Shown here in pieces: positions 29,129 through 38,793 of a DNA stretch of 64,000 bases (the stretch's first letter is position 1; each line of letters begins with the position of its first letter). This DNA is from Flavobacteriales bacterium. Its GTDB lineage: Bacteria > Bacteroidota > Bacteroidia > Flavobacteriales_D > CAJJDF01. The notes beneath the pieces are model-generated. The model had not been told where the DNA came from and did not search any database. It saw only the letters and a program-made list of their open reading frames with translations. The DNA is taken from contig CBFHVI010000011.1 in NCBI GenBank assembly GCA_965658995.1, positions 4,230 to 68,229 on the forward strand, given 5' to 3'. The position numbers and the translations under genes were made by a program.

Positions 29129-30003
29129 TTCCTCTTATCCATTCCCCACATCAATTTATTTCGGATGGTTTTAAAGAAATCTTGATTTGGAAACTGAACC
29201 AAATTTATTTTTAATTGTGATTTAGTCACAACCAAATGATTTGCCGTAGAAATTTCTTCACTTCGAGAATCTAAGGTGGCTAAAAATTTTTGTTCTCTCC
29301 CTTCTACTTTTAATTCAATCACACTATCGTCTGGCACAACCATAGGTCTTATATTAAGATTGTGAGGCGCGATAGGAGTTATCACAAAATTATTAGAATT
29401 AGGCATCAAAATGGGCCCACCACAACTCAAAGAATAAGCCGTTGAGCCAGTTGGAGTAGCTATAATGAGACCATCTGCCCAATAGGAGTTAAGAAATATA
29501 CCATTGACAAACACATGAATGGTTATCATAGAGGAAGAGTCCTTTTTATGCACGGTTAATTCATTCAGAGCAAAATTATACTTTCCAAAAAGCTTCGATT
29601 TTGTTTCGAGCGATAACATGGCCCTCTCCTCAATTCGATACTCCTTGTTCATTAATTGATGAAGCACTTTCTTTATTTCAGTTTTGGCAGTATTGGACAA
29701 AAAACCAAGCCTTCCAGAATTAACACCCACTACCGGTATTCCTTTTTTAATACTGGTTAAGGTATCTAGTATCGTTCCATCTCCCCCGATACTGAACAAA
29801 AAATCTAATTTCAATTTGGGATAAGTTTTTCTCGTGTATTCCTTTACTTCCAGACCAAAAGTAATTCCCTTACTCACCACATTTTTGTGAAATTTAGAAT
29901 AGATAAAATAATCCACATTATTTCTATCCAGCTCATCAATCAATAGCTGAAAATATGGAATAAAATCATCTGAAAACTCTCTACCGTAAATTGCTATTCT
30001 CAT
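29125..30003 (-). CDS. nadK: NAD kinase
   Basis: GGDGT motif (IGGDGTILD) and ATPTGSTAYSLSCGGP motif. ATG 30003 (MRIAIYG) is preferred. Confidence 0.85.
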   Translation of the reverse strand: MRIAIYGREFSDDFIPYFQLLIDELDRNNVDYFIYSKFHKNVVSKGITFGLEVKEYTRKTYPKLKLDFLFSIGGDGTILDTLTSIKKGIPVVGVNSGRLGFLSNTAKTEIKKVLHQLMNKEYRIEERAMLSLETKSKLFGKYNFALNELTVHKKDSSSMITIHVFVNGIFLNSYWADGLIIATPTGSTAYSLSCGGPILMPNSNNFVITPIAPHNLNIRPMVVPDDSVIELKVEGREQKFLATLDSRSEEISTANHLVVTKSQLKINLVQFPNQDFFKTIRNKLMWGMDKRN

Positions 30004-30008
30004 CTTTC

Positions 30009-31532
30009 CTATTTCTCTACCAAACAAACTCCCGTCATTTCCTTTGGCTGATTAACATTCATTAAATGTAATAAGGTTGGAGCAATATCCCCTAACTTTC
30101 CTGTTTTAATTTCTGTGACATTCTCAGCAATCACAAAACACGGAACCGGATTTAAGGTGTGCGCTGTATTAGGACTTCCGTCAGGATTTATATTTAATTC
30201 TGCATTCCCGTGATCTGCTATTATCACAAAACTATACCCGTTTTTTAGTCCAGTTTCTACTACTTTACTCAGGCAACTATCGGCAGTTTCTACTGCTTTT
30301 ATCACCGCACTTTGAATACCCGTGTGACCAACCATATCCGTATTTGCATAATTGAGACAAATGAAATCAGCCGATTGATTTTCAATTTCTTTGAGAATTT
30401 TCTGGGTCACCCTGAGTGCACTCATTTCAGGCTGCAAATCGTAAGTTGCCACTTTGGGCGAATTCACCAAAATACGCGATTCACCAGAAAACTCTTCTTC
30501 TCTACCTCCAGAAAAGAAAAAAGTAACATGAGGATACTTCTCCGTTTCTGCTATTCTAATTTGGGTTAACCCCGCACGAGAAATGGTCTCTCCCATTGTC
30601 ATTTTCAAGTTGTCTTTGGTGTACACAACATGAACATTCTTAAACTTCTTGTCGTATTCAGTCATTGTGACATAATGAAGCTTTAACTTGGACATACCAA
30701 ATTCCGGTTTGTCTGATTGGCTTAGCACCTCAGTTAATTGCCTGCATCTATCCGTCCTGAAATTAAAACAAATAACTACATCTCCCTCGGAAATCAGGGC
30801 AATTGGCATCCCTTCCTTCGTAGTTTTTACGATAGGTTTAATAAACTCATCAGTTAAACCTTTGTCATAAGAGTTCCTCAAAGATTCTTGTAGACTACTT
30901 GTCTGTTCACCCTCGCCTTTGGTCCATAATTCATAGGCTAATCGTATACGCTCCCATCGATGATCTCTGTCCATGGCATAATATCTACCTATCAAAGAGG
31001 CAATTTGTGTGGAAGTCCCTTTCACTCTTTTTTCCAATTCAATAATAGAAGTCAATCCACTTTTAGGATCGCAGTCCCTCCCATCCGTAAAGGCATGAAT
31101 AAAACTTTCCGAAACACCCATTTTTTCCGCCATTTCGCACAATTTATAAAGATGTTGCTCATGGGAGTGAATGCCTCCAGGAGAAACTAACCCCATAAAA
31201 TGAACTGCTCTGTTTTCATTTCGTGCATATTCAAAAGCTTTTATCAAGGTTTCTTCTTTTAGAATTGAATCGTCCTTTACCGCTTTATTAATTCGCGCAA
31301 AATCCTGATAAACCACTCTCCCCGCTCCAATATTCAAATGACCAACCTCAGAATTACCCATTTGACCCTCGGGCAATCCAACTTCCTCTCCGTATGTTAC
31401 TAGTTCCGTGTTTGGATAATTTCGATACAAACTATCCACAAAAGGCGTGTTGGCAAGATGAATAGCGTTCGAGCTATCCTTCTTTCCGTGTCCCCAACCA
31501 TCGAGGATTACAAGAATTGCTTTTTTTGTCAT
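30009..31532 (-). CDS. gpmI: 2,3-bisphosphoglycerate-independent phosphoglycerate mutase
   Basis: LVILDGWG, NSEVGHLNIGAGR and ADHGNAE motifs. ATG 31532 is preferred. Confidence 0.9.
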   Translation of the reverse strand: MTKKAILVILDGWGHGKKDSSNAIHLANTPFVDSLYRNYPNTELVTYGEEVGLPEGQMGNSEVGHLNIGAGRVVYQDFARINKAVKDDSILKEETLIKAFEYARNENRAVHFMGLVSPGGIHSHEQHLYKLCEMAEKMGVSESFIHAFTDGRDCDPKSGLTSIIELEKRVKGTSTQIASLIGRYYAMDRDHRWERIRLAYELWTKGEGEQTSSLQESLRNSYDKGLTDEFIKPIVKTTKEGMPIALISEGDVVICFNFRTDRCRQLTEVLSQSDKPEFGMSKLKLHYVTMTEYDKKFKNVHVVYTKDNLKMTMGETISRAGLTQIRIAETEKYPHVTFFFSGGREEEFSGESRILVNSPKVATYDLQPEMSALRVTQKILKEIENQSADFICLNYANTDMVGHTGIQSAVIKAVETADSCLSKVVETGLKNGYSFVIIADHGNAELNINPDGSPNTAHTLNPVPCFVIAENVTEIKTGKLGDIAPTLLHLMNVNQPKEMTGVCLVEK

Positions 31533-31617
31533 TTTGATGTGGTTTGGAAACAAATATCGTGTTTATTAAGATAATTGACAATGGATAACAGATAATTGAT
31601 TATTATCAATTGATTTC

Positions 31618-31625
31618 TATCTTTG
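31618..31625 (+). promoter_or_regulatory. -7 promoter box TATCTTTG only 4 nt before the pssA ATG
   Basis: Exact TAnnTTTG match. The spacing implies a leaderless or near-leaderless transcript. Confidence 0.4.
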
Positions 31626-31629
31626 CCGT

Positions 31630-32406
31630 ATGAATGTAAAAAAACACCTTCCTAATTTTATAACACTACTCAATTTGGTCTGTGGTGTTTTTGCCATTTT
31701 GTTTTTTATCCAATCTACTAATTCTGCTCAACAAAGTGTAAACAGTCTCATAAACCCAACTTACAGTGCAATTGAAATAGGGATTACTCTTATAGGAATT
31801 GCCACACTTCTTGATTTTCTTGATGGATTTGCTGCCAGACTCTTGCGTGTTCAATCGGAAATTGGGGCTCAATTAGATTCATTGGCCGACATGGTGACAT
31901 TTGGGGTAGCACCAGGTTTTTTAGTTTACGCCTCTTACCTCGAGTTTTTTTCAGAACAATCGATACTCCCTTACTTTTTTATCTTACTTCCTGCATTTTC
32001 AGCGTTAAGACTGGCTAAATTCAATGTTGACGAGGAACAAACAACCTACTTTAAAGGTCTTGCAACACCAGCAAACGCTCTGTTTTGGATAGGAATGTTC
32101 TATATACTAAAAATGAATCACTCACATTCGATGTCCTTCGTTCTTTTATTCTTAATCGTAACTATGTCGCTATTGATGATTGCAGATTTACGCATGTTTT
32201 CACTTAAGCTGAAAAACTTGAAACTAGAAGGAGACAATGTGTATCGAATTATTCTTCTAATTGGCGCTTTTATTTTAACAATTCTCTTTGGGTTGTTTAC
32301 AAATATATTGGCTGTCATTCCATTTATTATCCTTTTGTATATACTTTTGTCGTTACATTACCATTACAAGAAAAGAAAAGAAAAACCACCTAAACATGAA
32401 TTTTAA
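31630..32406 (+). CDS. pssA: CDP-diacylglycerol--serine O-phosphatidyltransferase (CDP-alcohol phosphatidyltransferase family)
   Basis: DGx2ARx8Gx3Dx3D motif present as DFLDGFAARLLRVQSEIGAQLDSLADMV. Multiple TM helices. Confidence 0.85.
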   Translation: MNVKKHLPNFITLLNLVCGVFAILFFIQSTNSAQQSVNSLINPTYSAIEIGITLIGIATLLDFLDGFAARLLRVQSEIGAQLDSLADMVTFGVAPGFLVYASYLEFFSEQSILPYFFILLPAFSALRLAKFNVDEEQTTYFKGLATPANALFWIGMFYILKMNHSHSMSFVLLFLIVTMSLLMIADLRMFSLKLKNLKLEGDNVYRIILLIGAFILTILFGLFTNILAVIPFIILLYILLSLHYHYKKRKEKPPKHEF

Positions 32407-32647
32407 AGCAGAAATTGACATTATGCCTCTTGAGGCGATTTTGGACCCACAAGGAAAAGCCGTAACCCAGAGTATGGGGAACTTAGGATTAAATGAAATC
32501 TCTAATGTACGTATCGGAAAACACATTACACTACTGATAGAGGCGGGAACAGAAGAAGAAGCAAAAGAGAAAGTAGATACAGCTTGTAAAAAACTTTTGT
32601 GTAACCTCATTATGGAATCTTACACTTTTACATTGACTGCGATGTAA
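32396..32647 (+). CDS. purS: phosphoribosylformylglycinamidine synthase subunit PurS
   Basis: 83-aa PurS pattern (ILDPQGKAV...LG...V..VR.GK). ATG 32396 overlaps the pssA end by 11 nt. The longer ORF-track start at 32288 is an out-of-frame read through pssA. Confidence 0.85.
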   Translation: MNFKAEIDIMPLEAILDPQGKAVTQSMGNLGLNEISNVRIGKHITLLIEAGTEEEAKEKVDTACKKLLCNLIMESYTFTLTAM

Positions 32648-32670
32648 ACCTAATTGAAATAATAGTACAT

Positions 32671-32707
32671 AAAAAAAACCGTTCTAAGTTCCAGAACGGT
32701 TTTTTTT
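32671..32707. terminator. bidirectional rho-independent terminator
   Basis: A8 run, 9-bp stem AACCGTTCT/AGAACGGTT, T8 run. It lies between convergent purS and a DUF1573 gene. Confidence 0.8.
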
Positions 32708-32728
32708 GTGTGTTAAAACAATTAAGAC

Positions 32729-33184
32729 TTAATTCAACATCGGGCTTTTTTTGTTCAAAACGGGAGCTCCATCTTCTGGGGCAGGTTTCAAAACCTCTCC
32801 CTTGATTTTCACCGTCTTTACTTTCCCATCAACTGAATTAGAGGTAATGGTTACCGACTTGTTTATCGGTCCTACTCTGTTCGTTGCATAAGTAACTTTC
32901 ATTTTTGCAGATTCGCCAGGAATAATTGGTTCTTTGGGCCAACTCGGCACAGTACAACCACAGCTTCCTTGCGCGTTTGTAATCGTAAGAGGCTCTGATC
33001 CTGTATTTGTTATAGTAAAATAACAGCTTCCATCAGCACCCTTTTTGATTTTTCCGTAATCATGTACTTCTTTATCAAGAGATAATTTAGCTCCTTGAAC
33101 AAACTCAGCGGCTTGCCCAAAACTTAACGAAGTCAATCCCATTGATGCGACTGCCAAACTTATGTATAGTATAATTCTTTTCAT
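32729..33184 (-). CDS. DUF1573 domain secreted protein
   Basis: Signal peptide and the DUF1573 core FTITNTGSEPLTITNAQGSCGCTVP. Confidence 0.7.
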   Translation of the reverse strand: MKRIILYISLAVASMGLTSLSFGQAAEFVQGAKLSLDKEVHDYGKIKKGADGSCYFTITNTGSEPLTITNAQGSCGCTVPSWPKEPIIPGESAKMKVTYATNRVGPINKSVTITSNSVDGKVKTVKIKGEVLKPAPEDGAPVLNKKSPMLN

Positions 33185-33211
33185 TTGGATAAAATTTAAT
33201 CTTCCACCGAT

Positions 33212-33631
33212 TTAGTTCGCTGGTGTTGCGGTTACGTTTCCTTTTATTCTTACGATTTTTGTTGGCGCATTAGTTGCGTTAGAAGTGATCGTCACAGACT
33301 TGTTGATTGGTCCAGGTCTATTCGTATCGTAAGTTACTTTCATTTTAGCTGATTTTCCTGGAGCAATTGGTTCTCTTGGCCAGTCTGGCACAGTACATCC
33401 GCAACTTCCTTTTGCTCTGGTAATAGTCAAGGGAGCATCTCCATTGTTTGTGATTGTAAAATAACAGCTACCATCAGATCCTTTAGCAATTGTACCGTAA
33501 TCATGTACATCCTTGTCAAGAGCAATTTCAGCGCCTGCCAAAGCAGTATCTTCAGAATTAGCAGTGGATACAAAGTTCATAGAGAACGCTGCTGCTAAAA
33601 ATAAGCCTAGTGATAATGATAAATTTTTCAT
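33212..33631 (-). CDS. DUF1573 domain secreted protein (tandem paralog)
   Basis: Core FTITNNGDAPLTITRAKGSCGCTVP. ATG 33631 (MKNLSLSLGLFLAAAFS) gives a proper signal peptide. Confidence 0.7.
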   Translation of the reverse strand: MKNLSLSLGLFLAAAFSMNFVSTANSEDTALAGAEIALDKDVHDYGTIAKGSDGSCYFTITNNGDAPLTITRAKGSCGCTVPDWPREPIAPGKSAKMKVTYDTNRPGPINKSVTITSNATNAPTKIVRIKGNVTATPAN

Positions 33632-33820
33632 ATGTATTTTGTTTATGTATTTATTTGTAACTGTCGTAATTTCAATAATCATTCCAAACCTAATAAAAAT
33701 TATATTTCTCTGCAAAGGACTTAACAACAGATTAACAGAGAATAGCCTAAAATGCAACATTTGATATATAGATACTTCATGATTAATTGGGAAGTAAGAC
33801 GTTTACAAATCCTTAACAAT

Positions 33821-34423
33821 TTAGTTTTTTCGAGATTTTTTTCCCCTTTCCATGTTTCCAATTTCGGTCCGCAAAAATTTACGAAGCTTCATGGATTCGT
33901 CCTCCTCTAACTGGACACCAAAAATTATTTTTTTTCCTAAGTAATCGAATTCTAAACTTTCATTTCCTATGTCCCAAAATGCGCTTTGCATTACCCAAGA
34001 ATAAGAATGAGACGAACATTCCAAAATTTCGATTGACCCCATGTTTGACAATCGATAGCACTGTGCCTTTCCAAGTTTTCCGAACCCTCTTTTTATCACT
34101 AACGACTCTCTATCCAGTTTTAAATATTCTACTCCTTTTGTTCTCCAAAGAAAGACTTTCACAATTTTGTACAAATAGTAACCCCAAAAAACAAGAAACA
34201 AGAGCAGAAAAAGCTGTAACTGACTTACCGGAGTCTCTCCAGCAATATGTCGCAAATAGTCCTGTGAAAACGCGATGCCCATAATAGCTGTTCCCACCAA
34301 AGACCACAAAACCATCCAAGCCAATAAGACTCCTTCTTTCCACTTTTCTACTTTGGTAGATATAAGAATAGTTGTATATTCACTATGACGATGAAAAGAT
34401 ATTCTATTGGATAACCACTTCAT
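33821..34423 (-). CDS. membrane protein, unknown function
   Basis: Two central TM helices followed by a soluble C-terminal region. No recognised motif. Confidence 0.45.
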   Translation of the reverse strand: MKWLSNRISFHRHSEYTTILISTKVEKWKEGVLLAWMVLWSLVGTAIMGIAFSQDYLRHIAGETPVSQLQLFLLLFLVFWGYYLYKIVKVFLWRTKGVEYLKLDRESLVIKRGFGKLGKAQCYRLSNMGSIEILECSSHSYSWVMQSAFWDIGNESLEFDYLGKKIIFGVQLEEDESMKLRKFLRTEIGNMERGKKSRKN

Positions 34424-34523
34424 TTGTTATAAATTTGTTATTATTGACCTCGCAATTGAGGAAGTCCTTTTTTGGCATTATAATTGGATTCTCAGATGCA
34501 AAATTACTATTAAAATTAACAAG

Positions 34524-35414
34524 ATGAAAAAGACATTATTATTTTTAGGGATCTCGCTATTAACAATCGGAAATTCGATGGCTCAAAGGGACGACAAAAT
34601 AGTCGAAAAACTGAGAGACATGTACGGAGAAGAAAAATACCAGGATTGTGCTCACGATGCGATCAAATTTTCTTCGAATTCGAAATTTAAAGACAATCCT
34701 GAAATCTATGTATATGCCTCCATGTCTTGTTTGAGGATTTCACAAACAAACGAGGGAGTAGAAGAATTCAAAAAGGCGTTTAATGATGCCTTAAGCTACG
34801 CTGGGAAATACAGAAAAAAGGACAAAGCAGGTCAGTATTATGACGATTACCTTACTCACTTTGAAGAGCTTAAAAAGTTAGTTGCCGAAGAGGTAGAAAA
34901 CTACATGTTGGAGGACAGAAAGGCGAAAGCGTATAAATCTGCCAAAAAGTCCTTAGGGTTAATGTCTAAAATACATAAAATGGACCCAGACGACAAGGGA
35001 GCTTATTTACTTGCTGCCGTATTGGAACTAAAAGTAAAAAATACCACTGAGGGAAAAAGGATGCTGAAGGTTATCATGCCAGAAATCGAAAGATTAGCAC
35101 CCACTCGAGACGAAATGCCGAAAGAAGAAGAATTATCAGACAAAGAATTGGCAAAGAAGAACAAAAAAATCGAAGAAATTTTTGGTGGACCAATGAAACC
35201 TATCAAACCTTTTGATGAAATGACGGAAATGGAGCAAGTGTTTTTGAGACTAGCCCTAACAGAATATGCTGATTACTTAAATGACAAAAAGAAAGTGGAC
35301 GAAGCAAAAGCAATCATTGAGATTGGAAAACCATATTTCTATGGAGAAAACGAAGATTACTTGAGAAAGTATACACCTGCCTACAAAGACATTTATAAAA
35401 TAATTCACGGATAA
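34524..35414 (+). CDS. secreted Lys/Glu-rich helical protein, unknown function
   Basis: ATG 34524 gives the signal peptide MKKTLLFLGISLLTIGNSMAQ. The ORF-track start at 34407 lacks one. Confidence 0.5.
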   Translation: MKKTLLFLGISLLTIGNSMAQRDDKIVEKLRDMYGEEKYQDCAHDAIKFSSNSKFKDNPEIYVYASMSCLRISQTNEGVEEFKKAFNDALSYAGKYRKKDKAGQYYDDYLTHFEELKKLVAEEVENYMLEDRKAKAYKSAKKSLGLMSKIHKMDPDDKGAYLLAAVLELKVKNTTEGKRMLKVIMPEIERLAPTRDEMPKEEELSDKELAKKNKKIEEIFGGPMKPIKPFDEMTEMEQVFLRLALTEYADYLNDKKKVDEAKAIIEIGKPYFYGENEDYLRKYTPAYKDIYKIIHG

Positions 35415-35435
35415 GCACTCAATGTTTTACCCAAT

Positions 35436-35469
35436 AAAAAAAGCCTACTGACTGCAGTAGGCTTTTTTT
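35436..35469. terminator. bidirectional rho-independent terminator
   Basis: A-run, 9-bp stem AGCCTACTG/CAGTAGGCT, T7 run. The minus-strand side overlaps the stop codon of the LptC-like gene. Confidence 0.75.
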
Positions 35470-36031
35470 ATTGGTCATTTTTAATGGATTTGAGGGCTTC
35501 AGTTCGCGCAACTCCCACGGGGTTAAAAAGAGTGTAGGACGAAAAATCTCTTGGTGCCTTAAGACTTGTTCCTCTTAATGTAAGTGTTGGTGTCACGATG
35601 TACACGGTGCTATCTGAGTAGATGTAGTTTTCTTTCAAATATATCTCTTCTGAAAGCAAGGTTTCTTTTTTGTCGTTGGTGATTTTAACGTTCTTTCTAA
35701 AAATTAGCGACTCATTGTTAGCTCCAGTAAGTCCATAGCCACAAGTAAGCTCTGTCACTTGCTCTCCTTTCGAATTAAAAAACTGAGCTCGTACTCCTTT
35801 GGGAAAAACAGTGTAAGTAGTGTCTGTGGTAAATTTATGTATCAAGGGTGCCTGTAAAATTCTCTTAACTCTTCCAGAATCTGAATAAGTAAGTTTTACG
35901 TTAGTTGAAATCTCATCGGGCAGCGACTCTTGCTGAATTGACCTCATTTTTTCCAAATCACTGCCTTGGCAACGAAAAAAAGTGAAGATTCCTACCAAGG
36001 AAAAAATTGCCAAGTATTGATACTTTCTCAT
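35468..36031 (-). CDS. LptC-like (OstA-fold) periplasmic protein
   Basis: N-terminal anchor and a beta-rich body of LptC size. It follows the coaX / beta-barrel / TPR gene run. ATG 36031 is preferred. Confidence 0.5.
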   Translation of the reverse strand: MRKYQYLAIFSLVGIFTFFRCQGSDLEKMRSIQQESLPDEISTNVKLTYSDSGRVKRILQAPLIHKFTTDTTYTVFPKGVRAQFFNSKGEQVTELTCGYGLTGANNESLIFRKNVKITNDKKETLLSEEIYLKENYIYSDSTVYIVTPTLTLRGTSLKAPRDFSSYTLFNPVGVARTEALKSIKNDQ

Positions 36032-36112
36032 CCCTTTTTTCAATTGAGTTTTATTATAAACGATAAATATAAACGATTTGATATCCAAAGCTAAATAAAC
36101 AGAACTAATATG

Positions 36113-36148
36113 CATAAAAAAACCGCCTTCGATTTCTCGAAGGCGGTT
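36113..36148 (-). terminator. rho-independent terminator after the TPR gene
   Basis: 12-bp stem AACCGCCTTCGA/TCGAAGGCGGTT followed by a T-run on the minus strand. Confidence 0.75.
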
Positions 36149-36163
36149 ACATTCTTGGTTGTT

Positions 36164-37441
36164 TTATTCTTTCACTGTTGTGGAGTATCCGTTACATGTT
36201 TTGTACGCTTGACCAGTTTGAAGACCTTGAGCAAACACATCTCCTTTTTCAGGGAATCTCGCTTGATATCGCGACATATCTTTTGATGCTTGCGAAGCTA
36301 CACTAGAATCTAAAGACTTTGCCTTGGCTGCCATGTCATAAGCAGCCCAGTTTATCGCTTGATCATCAAACCTTGATGTTCCACAAGCCGAAGAGGCAAT
36401 GATAGAAGCCTTGATTAGATAAGCATCTCCGTTGCTACTGTTTAGTTTTAATGCTTCATTTGCATAATCTCCTGCCTTACTTCTATTTCCTTTGTTTAGT
36501 AAAATTTTCGCAGTATTAATCAACATGGATTCTTTTTTGGCAGCATCCTCCGTCATATCGATTGCCTTATCATAGTAGGTAATGGCTTTAGAGTTGCTTC
36601 CTTCCTGCAAATACAATTGTGCTAAACCTTCGTATCCCTCTGCACTCGGATTATTTTCTACATCAATTACGATGAGTGTTTTGAACATTTCATTATCCGT
36701 ACACTCTCTCTTTTTGAGCGTGTTCAACACCTTTGATCTTAAGTTGTCATCCGTTTTTGCTTTTTCGAATTTTTTCTCGATTACTGGAAGTAATTTATCA
36801 CAGGTTAAACAGGGGCCTAAAAATTTATCTACCGCATCTTGCGCCTTGTCATATCCCTTTTGTCCTTCATTCATACTAATGATCGTAGACAATCTGTCGT
36901 ATTCATTCACAAGCACTTCACAATCCATTTTTTCTTTGTTCTTAAGAACAGCTAATGCATTTGAGTAATAATAAATCGAACTAGCCCTTATTTGTCCATT
37001 ATTGGCAGAATCAATCGATTTTTTCATTACCTCAACTCCTTTTGAAATCTTACCCATCTTAATCATATCAGCACCATAATTTTCGTTAATCTTTGGATTA
37101 TCACCAAACAAAGAAATGCTTTGTTCGTAGGCCCAGATGATAGAATCTGACAAAGACTTTTGTCTCTCTGCACTAGCCCCTTTCTTCAACTTGTTCATGA
37201 TGTAAATTCCATTGTCGTACAAATTTGCGTTGTACTCGGGACATACTTTAACGGCTTCTACCCAAAACTTGTAAGCATCTTTATAGACTTTTTGTGTCAA
37301 ATAGTCCGTATACAAAGAAAGATTCTTTTTACATTCTTCTGGATTATCTCCTAAATTTCCCGTTTGGGCAAACAAAGAGAGTGATGATATTGAAATAAAG
37401 GCTGTTACTACTATCCGTTTCATTGTGTTATGTTTTCTCAT
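36164..37441 (-). CDS. TPR-repeat protein with a signal peptide
   Basis: Repeated A..Y...A/L..P TPR-like helices. ATGA overlap with the upstream beta-barrel gene. Confidence 0.6.
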   Translation of the reverse strand: MRKHNTMKRIVVTAFISISSLSLFAQTGNLGDNPEECKKNLSLYTDYLTQKVYKDAYKFWVEAVKVCPEYNANLYDNGIYIMNKLKKGASAERQKSLSDSIIWAYEQSISLFGDNPKINENYGADMIKMGKISKGVEVMKKSIDSANNGQIRASSIYYYSNALAVLKNKEKMDCEVLVNEYDRLSTIISMNEGQKGYDKAQDAVDKFLGPCLTCDKLLPVIEKKFEKAKTDDNLRSKVLNTLKKRECTDNEMFKTLIVIDVENNPSAEGYEGLAQLYLQEGSNSKAITYYDKAIDMTEDAAKKESMLINTAKILLNKGNRSKAGDYANEALKLNSSNGDAYLIKASIIASSACGTSRFDDQAINWAAYDMAAKAKSLDSSVASQASKDMSRYQARFPEKGDVFAQGLQTGQAYKTCNGYSTTVKE

Positions 37442-38793
37442 TTAAATTTTCTTTTTACGAACCACCTATTTTGAACTTGAGGCATAATGGATATTCCAAA
37501 GTAAACAGTGGTAAAGTTTTCTTGAATTAAACCATTTTCACTATTTCCTCTTCTTCCCATTTCAACCCCTAAGTTGAACATCGAAAGAGATCTAAACTCA
37601 TTCTTTGAGGTGGCGCTTTTTCTAAGCGGTATGCCTAAACCAAAACTCGTGCCAAACTCTGTCAACTGATTGTTATCAAATTGTAAAGAGGAGTTTCCTG
37701 TTCTGAACCCAGCGCGGTATTCAATTCTTTCGTGAAATTTTGCCGTTGAAAAAACATCCGTTGGTCTATATCTTATACCAACTGCCAATGAGGAACTTAT
37801 AGCCAATGTATCCGTTACACTATTTTGATCAAAGATTTCTTCATAACTAGCCCAGTCTTGTCTGTTGTATTGAACCGCAATATCCAAATTGTTATTGAAA
37901 TTAACGGATCCACCCAGAGACAAAGAGGAGGGAACTACCACTTTTCCCTTATTTTCAGAAAAATACTGAAGGGTATCTTGAATCACTTCCACGGAAGAAA
38001 AGTTGGTATAGGTTCCAAAAAAATCTTCACGTGTCGCATTCAAATTTGTACCTAAAGAATAGGAGACTCCGAGAGAATATTTGATAGATTGTGACACTCG
38101 TTGCATGAACAAAAGGCCCAATTGAAAATCCACTCCAGAGTAACTTGTTTTTTGCGTCAATTTAGAATTAAGAGCTGTAGCATCGTCCAGGAACTCTACT
38201 CTTCTAGTTTTGTCAATATTCCCAAACAAAAAATTGACACTTGCACCGAAAGACAAACTCATTGAATCTGATTGTATCAGGGAGTATCCTCCCGACAAAA
38301 ACAGGTTATTTACTCCTCCTTTTCCTTGGTATAAATAGGTAACATTACCAATAGAAGGTTCGCTATTTATGGTTGTGATATTGTAACCAGAGATAGTAAA
38401 AGGTTTGATACCCAATGCCAATCCCAATTTATGGTTTACAGGCAAGGCAATACTCATGCGAGTAAAGTTTGTAGAATTCAAATTAGCCGAAGAATTCTCT
38501 GAGGTTAATTTCAAAAACTGTGAGATTCCGCTAAGTTCAAATACTGGCATGTGAGGAGAAAGCGAAGACAAAGAGGCTGGATTAGAATTATTCACCATAT
38601 TAAAATCGGACAAAGACACCGAAGCTCCAGCCATTGAGGCGTATCCTGGCGAGTGGTACAAATTCAAGTCGCCTAGTCCAATTCGCGAATAGGGAGATAT
38701 TCCCGTTTCTTGTGCTTGTAAGTTGAAAAAACAGCACACTGCGAAGCCTAGTGCAATGATTCTAGTGAGAGATATTGTGACGAAGTATTTCAT
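37438..38793 (-). CDS. outer-membrane beta-barrel protein, unknown family
   Basis: Signal peptide ending LQAQ and alternating-hydrophobicity strands throughout. Family not assigned. Confidence 0.5.
   Translation of the reverse strand: MKYFVTISLTRIIALGFAVCCFFNLQAQETGISPYSRIGLGDLNLYHSPGYASMAGASVSLSDFNMVNNSNPASLSSLSPHMPVFELSGISQFLKLTSENSSANLNSTNFTRMSIALPVNHKLGLALGIKPFTISGYNITTINSEPSIGNVTYLYQGKGGVNNLFLSGGYSLIQSDSMSLSFGASVNFLFGNIDKTRRVEFLDDATALNSKLTQKTSYSGVDFQLGLLFMQRVSQSIKYSLGVSYSLGTNLNATREDFFGTYTNFSSVEVIQDTLQYFSENKGKVVVPSSLSLGGSVNFNNNLDIAVQYNRQDWASYEEIFDQNSVTDTLAISSSLAVGIRYRPTDVFSTAKFHERIEYRAGFRTGNSSLQFDNNQLTEFGTSFGLGIPLRKSATSKNEFRSLSMFNLGVEMGRRGNSENGLIQENFTTVYFGISIMPQVQNRWFVKRKFK

Noticed and set aside
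32288-32395. Longer 119-aa version of the purS ORF from the ORF track.
   Set aside because: The extension is an out-of-frame read through the 3' end of pssA and encodes a low-complexity hydrophobic peptide. PurS-family similarity begins at ATG 32396.
33632-33760. N-terminal extension of the second DUF1573 ORF (the 182-aa version).
   Set aside because: The extension lacks signal-peptide character. ATG 33631 yields a canonical signal peptide and a length matching the tandem paralog.
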